This document shows, one piece after another, positions 10,501 to 21,681 of a stretch of 64,000 bases of DNA; positions within the stretch are counted from its first letter, which is position 1, and the number at the start of each line of letters is the position of its first letter. The translations under genes were made by a program, and so were the position numbers. The DNA comes from Paragordius varius. Its lineage: Eukaryota > Animalia > Nematomorpha. Location: contig OZ176052.1 in NCBI GenBank assembly GCA_964247055.1, positions 3,844,001-3,908,000 of the forward strand, in the 5' to 3' direction. Under the pieces are notes generated by a model, which worked only from the letters and a program-made list of their open reading frames with translations, was not told where the DNA came from and did no database searches.

Positions 10501-13500
10501 TGTGATGGATACATTATAATAAAATTTAGTCATTGCATTGGCCTATATTATCATCAGGTCGTTGTTTCTCCAGCATGAGCTAACTTCAATATTCTTGAGC
10601 GAAATAACTTGCGATCGAGACAGTCGTCTTTGGTCAATTGAGTTAAGTGTAAGTCATGGCTGATGTTTTTTCCCAATCTTGATATGGTCTGTCTCGTCTT
10701 AAATTGACGTTCGGATGAAAGGATCTAATGTTAATCCAACCATTTGAGCGTTCAATATGGCCCCAGTACCTGAGACGATTCGCTATGAGAAAAGAAGACA
10801 TAGGTGTGATAAGAAACAGACTATGTATGCTTTTATTATTAGTTGTTTTATCATTGTGGTACAGATTGTTGAGACATGAGTTGAGGATTTTCCTTTCTTT
10901 TCTACATAATATATTTCATTAGTTCGATTTAAAGTCCAACATTCGCTAGCATATGTGAGGGCGGGCGAATGGCAATTGTGTAGATTTTGCCCTTGGATAT
11001 CTGTTTGTGTTTCATTATATACTTGAGTTCCAAGCTTGATGTATTCGTGTTGTTATGGCGTTTTTAATATTGATATCAGCTGCTATTATGTCACCCAGGT
11101 ATCTCGATGTATAGATGGGAGATAGGTAGTTTGTATGGGATTGTCTGGGTTTCTATCTGGTGTTGCACAAGTTTTACATACAAATTTTCAATGCCTAATA
11201 AACTACCTTTAATTTGTAAACACTTTTTGTGGACCCACATTTGGAATTTAGTGCATTTGATGGAATTAAGTTTCACTTCAGAGTGACAAATGGAGCAAGG
11301 GAATTTTATTATAGGTACAGATGGGCCTGTGATTAAAGCTTTTGTTTTATCTGTTAGTTTTGAGGCCAAATTTTTCTATCCTAGATTTCCTAAGGTAATA
11401 TTTATTGATGATGGCTGTTTCGCAGGTGGCTGTCAGTATTGTTGTCAGCTTACAGCATATCGAAAGGTAAACCTGTTTTATTATATCAGTTATTACATCC
11501 ATAATTATGATAAATAATAATGGACAGAGGATGTAGCCCTGGTGTAGTCCGAAAAATACTGGAAATTAATTGGTTACTCCCACGGGAGTTCTCACGCAAC
11601 TATGTTCTCATAAGTAAGTTTTATTTTTATTATTCATTTTGGAATTTCTTTTTTTCGTAACGCAAATGTGATCATGGACCGCAGAATGCAGTCAAATGCA
11701 CGGCTTAAATCAATAAACATGTGATATTAAGTTTTATTTTTGCATCTGTAGTTCTCTTGTAACTTTTCAAGAATAATTATGGCGTCAGAGGTGCTGATAC
11801 TCTGTGGGAAACCGATGAGTTACGTCAATCGAGCAAAGACTTATTTTCCTTCCTATTATAATTTCGAATAATTTGGTCGCGTGTTCAAGTAATTTTAATG
11901 TTTTCTAGGAGGCGCATTTAAGCATTTTGCCTTTGTTTTTTATATATTGGAAATATTACACTTAAGTTCCAGTTGTTTGGGATTTTTTCGTCCATTATAA
12001 TTAGATTAAATAGCTCTGTGAAATAGGTAATTGCTTCAGGAATATATTTGTCATTTCAATTTTGAATGTGGGACCAGATGTTTTATTAATTTTACATTTT
12101 TGCATGGCTAAGCTCACATCTGCTGTAATGATTGGGGGTGGTCCAATAACTGAAGGTAAGTTTGGTATCTCGCCGTTTGATTCCTGAAAATTCAGTGTAT
12201 TTTGCATGTATTGTGTCTATGCATTTTGAATAAGAGTGTCAGTAACTATGTTGTTATTTTTATCTTTATGGCTTTCCTACCCGAATATCTTTTTATTACT
12301 ATTAATATTTTTTAGTGTTTTAAAAACTTTTTAGTTTTTAATTTCTTCTTCAATTTTTTCGGCCATTTCCAAGCATCTTTCATTCATTTTGTCAGCTATT
12401 ACTTTCTTTACTCTTTTTTTACCATTATGTAAAAATGTTTGTCATCATCGTTTTTAGAAGCTTTCCATTTTTTAATGGCATCTTTTTCATTCAATAAGGA
12501 TTTAATATCGCTTTGCCACCACCATTGAGATTTTGTTTTCGCACGTTTTCTTCCGTAGATTTTGGAAACATTTGAGAGAAGAGTGTTTTTTAGATGCTCC
12601 CAGCCGTCATGAACGTTGTTTGGGGAATGTTTTAGTTCAGATGTAATTTGGTTAGTGTATTGATGCTTTATTAAAAGATCACTAAGTTTAGCAACGTTAA
12701 GTTGAGGCAATTTTTTAGGGCTAGGTCGATTCTATTGTTAAAAAAGCAACTATAACTTATATTGTATATCATATTCATAAGTTTTGAAGTTAATTATAAG
12801 TTTTCTAATTTGTTTATTCAACAACACAAAATCTATTTGAGATCTGTGCTTTCCACTTTTATATGTTTGAATTTGACTGGGTTTTTTAGTAAAGTGTGTA
12901 TTGCAAATCTATAAGTCTACAGCACTGCAGAATTCTGAAAGGGTTTCACCCTTTTTGTTGCGAAAACCAATAACTACTCCACCGTGTATATCTTCATAAC
13001 CATCAGCGTGCATTCCAATGTGTCTATTGAAATCTCCGCCGATCAAAAGTATGTCATTTGTGGGAACATTTTGTGCAATCTGTGATAAAGCTGGTTCCAG
13101 AATTCCAGTTTGGTAGTTTTATTTTGACCCTGTTGAGGGGTATAGATGGATAGTATGTTAAGGGTGGTATTATTGAGAGCCACTCGCATTTGAATAATTC
13201 TGTCGTTGTGACGTGTTATGTCATTTATATTTTCTTTTATCTGATCGTTTATGGCTATGGCTACTCCTGATTTCCCTGATTTTCCTCCTTCATAATACAG
13301 TGTGAAACCTTCGTGTCGATAGTTACCTCCGTTTTAAAACATGTTTCTTGTAAACAACATTCATCAAGTTTTTGTTCTTTAATCGCATTTATCATCATCC
13401 AAACTTTTCCAACAAGCGTTCCGACATTCCATGTACCAAGTTTTAAGTTATTATTTATATTATTAAAGGATTTTTTCTCCGGTAACTATATTTCTCTTTT

Positions 13501-16500
13501 TCGTAGATGTATTATATATAAATATAATTATTAATATTATGCAGTATAAAAATGAATAAATAAAATAAGGTTTCAAAGGACGCTTTTTAAAAAGTATTTA
13601 TTCATTATTATTTCTCTGTTAAACATGGTAAAAGTTATGAGGCTTTGTAGACTATATGCCCTTGTAGCCAACCTCTTAACTCGGAGCAGAGAGTGCCTTA
13701 TTCGCTGTACCAGTAGGCTAGAGAGTGTCTGAAAAGACTTCGAAGTCTACGGCCGATGGAGGTGCCTTTCCGGGCTTTGGAAGATCCTACTCCATCTTTC
13801 GTTTTATGACCTTATATTATCGTTATTATCATCTGGCTGCTGGTTATAGCGCCTATATAAACCCGCCTTGAAACCATGTGTTTGAATACAGGCATTGTGG
13901 TATTTTGTAAGAAAATGAGACAGCCAATTTCAATTCCGTTACGCCCCACACACTAGTTTTCCTCCTTATGGATTGATGTTCATTGACTGTTCTTTAGAAA
14001 CAGTGCCGCCCCCGTTAACGTTACCCGGGATGTCCCCCAGGAGGTGGGAGTCGGTCTTTGTAAATAAATGCCATTAAAGAACAAAAACTAAATGTATGTT
14101 GTTTACAAGGAACTTGTATAAAAAACGGAGTAACTATCGACACGAAGGTTTCACACTTTATTATGAAGGAGGAAAAACAGCGAGATCAGGAGTAGCCATA
14201 GCCATCAACGATCAGATAAAAGAAAATATAATTGACATAACAGGTCACAACGAGAGAATTATTCAAATGCGAGTGGCTCTCAATAATACAACCCTTAACA
14301 TACTATCCATCTATACCCCTCAACAGGGTCAAATGAAACTACCAAACTGGAATTCTGGAACCAGCTTTATCAGATTGCACAAAATGTTCTCACAAATAAC
14401 CGACTTTTGATCGGCGGAGATTTTAATGGACACATTGGAATGCACGCTGATGAATATGAAGGTATACACGGTGGAGTAGTTATTGGTTTTCGCAACAAAA
14501 AGGGTGAAACCCTTTTAGAATAATGCAGTGCTGTAGACTTACTGATTTGCAATACACACCTACAAAAAAACCCAGTCGAATTCATACATATAAAAGGGGA
14601 AAGCACACATCTCAAATAGATTTTGTGTTATTGAAAAGATTAAAAAATATTATATACATTAATAACCTACCTTTCTATAATGAACTCAAAATATTTTTTA
14701 CCTTTATATAACAAATAATTTCTCATTACCTTTATATTTACATTTTAGATATTTATTAACAAAATTAAGTTTCTTCGTTTAAATAAGTAAAAATCAATAT
14801 ACAGTTTATTTTATTCAATTTTAGGAACTTGGATATACATATACCGAACTGAATGCTTCAAACATCAGATCAAAAAAATGTCTTAAAGAACATTTTGCTG
14901 ATAGTTTATCAACCTATAACATGGCTAATTATATTAAGGGTAAAAATATAATTTATATACCTCAAATGAAAATATAAATATCGTAACCCTATTTTCCTGA
15001 AATCGTAATGAAAAAAATATTTCATATCTTTGTATTGTATTATATTTTTTTGACTCAAATTAATGAACGAATTAGATATAATATTTACATATATAAAAAT
15101 TCGCTTTTTATGATAAATTAACCCATTTTATGTTAATAATTTATGAGTTGATTATATTTGCGAGCGTTTCAGTCAAAATATTGTTTATGTTATCATTTCG
15201 TCTTGCCACACATATTTTAATTATTATTATACCATATTACCCAAGATTTATTTCAATAAAAATTTTACATAATGAAAAACACTTATATTAATAATTTAAT
15301 ATAAGAAATAAAAAAATCCAATTTTAGAAAACACAAATAGTTTTTAACACCAAAAGTTTTATGACATTTACTTGTTAAAGTTTATGTTATCGAATAAAAT
15401 AACACATTTTAGGAGATTCCAGTTTATTTCGAAATCATGTGCTTATCATGGATGAAGTTGATGGAATGGCCGGCAATGAAGATAGAGGAGGTGTCCAGGA
15501 ACTAATAGCTCTTATAAAATCTACCAAACTTCCCATCATTTGTAAGATGCTTTCTTTTATGTGCTCTTTTTTCGTACCTTTTTTGACCATAAAATTTTTT
15601 TTTTTTAAAAAAGTAAGGTAAATATAGAGGTTACTGTTAAAAAAAATTTTTAAAATCTACATCTAATTATAATTCAATAAGTAAACATAAAAAGAATAAA
15701 CATATATGAATGTACTTGTAAAATTTGAAGCGAAATCACTAAAAACATACTCAACCACTTTGAGTGATTGTAAGAATATAGTAGAACGTTTTTTGATTTT
15801 TCTCTGTGTAGAAACTCACATTATGTGATATTTACAACCCCAATCGTTTTAAAGCAATTTCTAACATATACTATCCCTAATAAGTGAATAGATCATCATA
15901 CACGGTTTTTTTTATATGTTTTTGTCTTTTTTATTGGAGTAATTTCTATTTTTCTGTTTAGGTATATGTAATAATCGATCAGATCCAAAGATGCGAACCC
16001 TAGTTAACTACTGTTACGATTTACGTTTTATTCGACCTAGGCCAGATCAAATTAAGGATGCTATTATGCGAATGTTATACACCGAAAAAGTTACAGTAGA
16101 CCCGGCTGTCGTTGTCCGTATGATACAAACTTGTAACAATGATATAAGACAGGTATGTAATTTTTTTTAATTTATAAAATATTTTTTTGACTGATTGACT
16201 TATTTTGTAGGTATCGATTAGAAAGTCAATTTTATATTAATCAAAGAATTCATGATTAGTGGTATAATTCAAATTAAATTAATAAAATTTAGAAAATTAT
16301 TGAGGAAGACAAATTGTAGCCATATTTGAATAAAATTAATTTTATAAAATGATTTTTTTGAATCGCATAAAACTAATTTATAAATCTAATTTATTTTATG
16401 TTATAAAAGGGTTTCTTCATTGGTTTTCTAGATCATGTAAAGTATTATCATAAAACTAAAAGGTTGAGTAAAAAAGTTATTTTCCTTTTGTTTTTGGTTA

Positions 16501-19500
16501 AAAACAGATTGCAACAGGTAAAATTAATGACTGGAATGTTTGTCATGCGCTTACATCATTTATGTAAGCAGAATAATATTTAAACAATTCACATTTTATT
16601 TATTAATATATTTGATGTGAAAAAAAATGCGTTAATTGGGCCTGAAACCCTTATTAATATTTGATGCTAATAATAGTTTAAAGGGTAACTGTTTAATTTG
16701 GCTCATTAAGAATTAAATTTAAATACTAAGTTAATTTTTTTATATTTAAAACTTCTTTTTGGTATATTTTATAAAAAATAAAACAATAATATTATATTTT
16801 ATATTTATTTAGATTATTCATCATTTGAGTATGTTTGCATCCGATACTAAAACCCTAAAATATATGCATATGCAAAATGAACTTAAGGATATGAAGAAGG
16901 ATACCAAATTGGTTTTAATATTTATTTTATTTTTTTATGTAAATTTTTTTAAAACAATAAAATATTTTATATCAACATATTTACTGTTCGTTTTAGGACG
17001 CTTTTGAAATTACTCGCTCAATGTTTTCGCACATGGAAAGGGATGCATTAAAAGCGAAATCTGACATGTTTTTCATGGATTACAGCTTTATTCCTTTGTT
17101 TGTTCAGGAAACATATTTGCATGTCCAGCCTTCACGTGCCGGGTTTCATTACATATTTATTTGATAATAAATTAAATATATTAAGCCTTTTTATTATTAT
17201 GTTTATTAAATTTTTCAATAATTAGATTTGGCAGTATATCTTTGAATTTTTGTTTTTTAGTACTGCTATAATAAAGAGAGTTTTTAACAATTTTTTTAGT
17301 AATAATGCCAAGAAACACTTGAAACTTGCAAAAAATTGCACAATATAGTAGCGATATTTCAATAATTAGATTTGGCAGTATATCTTTGAATTTTTGTTTT
17401 TTAGTTACTGCTGATATATATATATAAAAAAGAAGAGTTTTAAGAAAACCGAATTTAAAGTGCGATTGATACATTATAAAAAATTTTTTTAGTAATAATG
17501 CCAAGAAACACTTGAAACTTCTCGCAAAAACTGCACAATATATTAGCGATGGAGATCTGATGGGACAAATGATGCAAAAAACAAATAATTGGTCCATTTT
17601 ACCCATGATGGTAATTTTATTTAAAATAATAGCGTTTATTACACTAGACAACAAATTTTAACTTTTTTTAACTGCCATTCTTGTAGATTTAAAATTTATT
17701 TCATAAAGTACATAATTAGTATATCTGAAAAGAAAATTGGTATAGCATGGAAGAATTTTTTTATATTAGAGTTTATCGATAATTTTTGGCCCCGATTTAA
17801 CATTAAACTCGAAATTTCGAAAATTAAAAGTTTTAGATATGAAGCCATGTATTTTATATCATTCGAAAGAGCGCAAAAAACTGCATCTTTTAAATAGTAG
17901 TAAGTCATTTAAATCAATCGGATGTAAAAGTTATTTGGATTTAAATGGTCGAAATTTTCAATCCTTAAATAAGTCAAGAATTTTCACAGACAAATTAATT
18001 TGAAAATCATATAAATTATTTTAATATAATTATTAGGGTTATATTAATATTTAATTTAAAAAAATGTTTGAAAAAGCTTTTGGTTTGCTTATTTAATAAA
18101 AATTATTATTATCATAAATATTTTACCTAGTGTATACTAAAATGCATAGTTATAACTGTAAATTTATTACATAATGGCTATAAAAGATCAAAAATACCTT
18201 AAACTTTGTTTTTATCTTTAAAATTTCTAAATTATCAGCCTTATAAAGAAAATAAATTAATATTGATGAGATGGTAATTTTTAAAAAACAAAAAACTTAA
18301 AAATGGTTGTTTTGAGTGATATAAAAGCAATAAAAAATGTTTTAATTAAAAAAACTTTCTTGTGTTATCTTTTTTGGACATTCATCACCATCTAAACAAA
18401 GTTTAAGCTATTTTCATCCATTAGTTTTAAAAATATAATAATTAAAAAAATGCTCTCGCTTCGCGCATTTGTCGCTCTTTGTGTCGAATATTAACTGTCG
18501 ATGTAATACATATTAGTATGCATTTTATAGAGTTTTTATTACTCTTTCGAATGATATATTACAAATGGGCATTACTTGTATATTTTGAAAGAAAAATATT
18601 TTTTAGTAAAATTTTGATAAAGAGGGCGCATAATCAAAAAATTAAATTATACAAAATTCTTCCAACGAGTTATAATTTTTTTTTCAGATTTACTGTTAAA
18701 ATGATACTAAATGTCAGAAAATTTAAAAAACTCGAGTGGCAGAAAAATTTGTTGTCCAGTGTTATTTTTTGTAAAAAATTGATATTACATTAAAAATTAA
18801 GATTATAAACAAATTGTAAATACTAAAGGTTAATCAAAAAAGTATATATTAAAATTTTATAAATTACTGATTGTTTTTGGGTTGGGGAGATGTAATTAGA
18901 TATAGTTCGATTTGTAACTATCTAGTTTATGTTAGAAAACTCAAAATTAAAAAGAGTAGGGTTTTAAAGAGATATTTGCCATCAAGTTTCTATATATTCA
19001 AAATTATACTTTAACTAAATTTTCAATTATTGGAATTTTTATAAACAAAAAATTAGATATATGTGATATGGTTGGTTTTTTTATAATTTTTCCCATATCC
19101 GCTCCCTATATATATTTTATAAATTTTAATTTAATTATTAGGGAATGGCTTCTTCAGTAGCGCCAGGTGAACTTATGGAAGGTTATATAACCAGTCAAAT
19201 TATGTTTCCACAATTTTTGGGCAAAAATTCAAAACGAACCAAATTTGCTCGTATGATTAAAGAAATCAAACGGCACACCTCTTTAAGGTTTTCAAATATG
19301 TTATATAATTGAAATATAAATATAATAATTGATAATTTTTGCAAAGTTTTTTATCGCAATTATTATTTGCAGTGGATCGTTTACCTCATAATGGGTCTTC
19401 TTTAAAACACCGACTATGAATTAATAATATATTTCATATATTTGGAATAATATTATGAACTATTGGAAAAAAACTAAACATAAATTAAAATTTATATATC

Positions 19501-21555
19501 ACCCTTCATTTTCTAAGGGTCATTATACCAATATTAATTTATGTATCGGCATGATTATATGCCTTAAAATATATTATTTCCATATATTTTATAACTTTTT
19601 TTCCATTAGAACACACACTGATTGTGATGCCATAAATCTCGATTATATGACCTCATTTAAGAATGCTCTTAGCTTGCCCCTCTTACCAAATTATAATTTG
19701 ACCAGCAATAATGTTGAGAGAAATGATGAAAATGACATTGATTTAGAGCTTAGTCAAGATACCTCTAATAATAATTGGGCTGCCCTTGGGGTTAATCGTG
19801 TGCTACAAACGCTTCAATATTACTATTTGCTCAAAGAGGATTACGATAACATTGTTGAAATGTCGAAATGGTCTCATGCTTTACCGCTCAGTGTTGCTTC
19901 ATCGAATCTCGGATCTAATCCAAACACTTATTATAGAAGAATGCTGCAACAAGCTAAAAACAGTGGTGGTAATAATAAAATGTCACCTGGCAAAAAAGCA
20001 TCTGCCAAATATCATATATGGGATACATTTAGTGCTATAGATTCCAAGGTATGTTTAATTACAATTAAATTTGAAGTAAAAACAAAATTTTTTTCTATCG
20101 AAAATAACATTTAACCTTATTGAAATAAGAACCAATTATATGGTAATATATACGTCTTTTTATACTTCAAGATTCTGAAATTAGATTAAGTAAAAAATTA
20201 AGGATATAAAATATGATTAATTTTTTTGTGTTTTATATTTCGTTCATTATATTTTTAAGCTTATATAGGATATTTTTTTAAACTGGCATAATTGTGACAC
20301 GAAAAAATTAAGTTATAATTTTACCATTTTTTATTTTGTAGCTTAAAGCTACACTTACAAGAGCTTATAACAAGGATACCTTTCAAATACCCTACATTAT
20401 TGAATCTGATTATGGCTTTCGCAAAAGGGGTCGAGGGACCATTAATATCGGTATATTTTTATAATTTTTTTATAACTCAAAACTTATCAACCAAATTCAC
20501 TCTTTTTTATAAAATTGTCCTATATAATTTTAAGCATTTATAATTATTAAATCTTGGAGTTGATTGATTAATATTTGATTTATTAGGATGCATAAATATA
20601 AGTTTTTCTGTTTAAAAAAACGTTTATTTTAAAAAAATTATACTTGCCAAGCAATATATATAATTCAAATTTATAAAACTAATAAAATTAAATATTATAC
20701 ATTTAAGCTCTGTATAAATGATTATTCTTATCGCTATACCCAGAAAGGCTACTCAAAACCCGAAGATTAGATATGCCGATATCTCTATACTAATTATACC
20801 TTTTATATACTATTTTCATAAAACTGTTCAATTATAAATGTTAAGTTTGGTTAAAAAAGCTCCAACTATATGTAATTCATCCAAATTATATATTTTTAAG
20901 ATCAAGGGTTCGTTTGTATTATAATACTTTTTTTACAAATAATAATAGATAATGATTTAGACGAGGATAATAGTAATGTTGAGGTTCAAGAAAACGAAAA
21001 TCCTGACGATACACAAGAAAATAAATCCGGAGACGAAGGAGGTCAAGACAATGCTAAAGATGATCCTGATTTTAATATTGGCGGAGATAAAATGATTAAA
21101 GTTAACTTTTTGATTTAATATAAAATATTTATTTTACAACCCTCATAGATTCCGATATTTTAGTCGTCTCTTAACCGATTTAAATTAAATTTTTGGGTTT
21201 AAATTAAAAAATAGTACTTGCAATCGTATAAAAAGATGTTTAAAATAATTTGGAATTTATTGATTACAAAATAGTTTAAGGAGTTAAAGTGAAATTGATT
21301 GCTCTAATTAAATTTTTTTAACACTCCCATATTATTTTTGTATAACAACCCAAATCACCATTATGTAAACCAAATTTTAAAGATACGCCTAAAATGTTCG
21401 ATATCTTTAGGTGCATACCTAAAACTTATATATTAACTATTAGAAACTTTTTTATCATATCCTTTTTTAAATGTAAATATTGGAAATTATAGAAGAAAGC
21501 TGTTAAAATGAAGACACTTACAACAGGGGCAAAATCCCGGGCTAAAAAGAAATAA
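4544..21555 (+). CDS. RFC1: Replication factor C subunit 1 (large subunit of the PCNA clamp loader), 24 exons, ~1143 aa
   Basis: Exons 4544-4546, 4571-4709, 4732-4811, 4833-4905, 4930-4946, 6169-6466, 6769-7034, 8394-8573, 8872-8986, 9307-9422, 9617-9824, 9898-10008, 10186-10304, 14825-14939, 15413-15541, 15962-16152, 16813-16911, 16997-17142, 17493-17610, 19142-19287, 19610-20048, 20342-20450, 20949-21100, 21493-21555 sum to 3432 nt in one frame. Motifs: [37 protein letters not shown] (BRCT), WVDKYKP, Walker [14 protein letters not shown], Walker [47 protein letters not shown]. Confidence 0.97.
7475..8050. mobile_element. Full-length TTAA-flanked MITE (piggyBac-like) in RFC1 intron 7
   Basis: TTAA on both sides (7471-7474, 8051-8054). 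The ends CACTTCGATTCAA / TTGAATCCAAGTG form a 13-bp imperfect TIR, with asymmetrically spaced sub-terminal TTCGATTCAAATTGGG repeats. Many homologous copies occur in the window. The superfamily call rests on the TTAA TSD and end structure only. Confidence 0.8.
10480..13460 (-). mobile_element. Degenerate RTE-clade LINE in RFC1 intron 13
   Basis: The minus strand reads as the APE endonuclease ([39 protein letters not shown]), a linker ([13 protein letters not shown]), a Cys-rich [23 protein letters not shown] segment and a C-terminal YWGHIER. It has many stops and frameshifts, and no RT core was recognised. Confidence 0.8.
14067..14640 (+). mobile_element. RTE-clade LINE endonuclease fragment, inverted relative to the 10480-13460 copy
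   Basis: ORFs 14096-14410 and 14523-14711 contain [30 protein letters not shown] and SQIDFVL (APE endonuclease). The DNA is closely similar to the reverse complement of 12815-13390. Confidence 0.85.
17285..17355 (+). pseudogene. Degenerate partial duplicate of the start of RFC1 exon 19, with an intact acceptor
   Basis: TTTTTAG|TAATAATGCCAAGAAACACTTGAAACTT..GCACAATATAGTAGCGAT at 17300 repeats the start of the true exon at 17493. It is flanked by a duplicated intronic unit (17205-17265, 17356-17415). Confidence 0.8.
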
Positions 21556-21681
21556 ATACGAAAAACACATAACTGTTTGTTTGTTAGTTTTAATTATTAC
21601 AATATCATCGTTTTTATTTTATTATTATATTGTATTATTAATAATATGTGATTATATACGATAAAAATTTATTAATAAATC

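Noticed and set aside
17181-17654. 157-aa minus-strand ORF with an internal repeat
   Set aside because: It is antisense to RFC1 exon 19, and its repeat is the intronic duplication.
18450-18480. CTCGCTTCGCGC resembling the U6 5' end or a Helitron 3' hairpin on the minus strand
   Set aside because: No ACAGAGA box follows, and there is no CTAG terminus at the expected distance.
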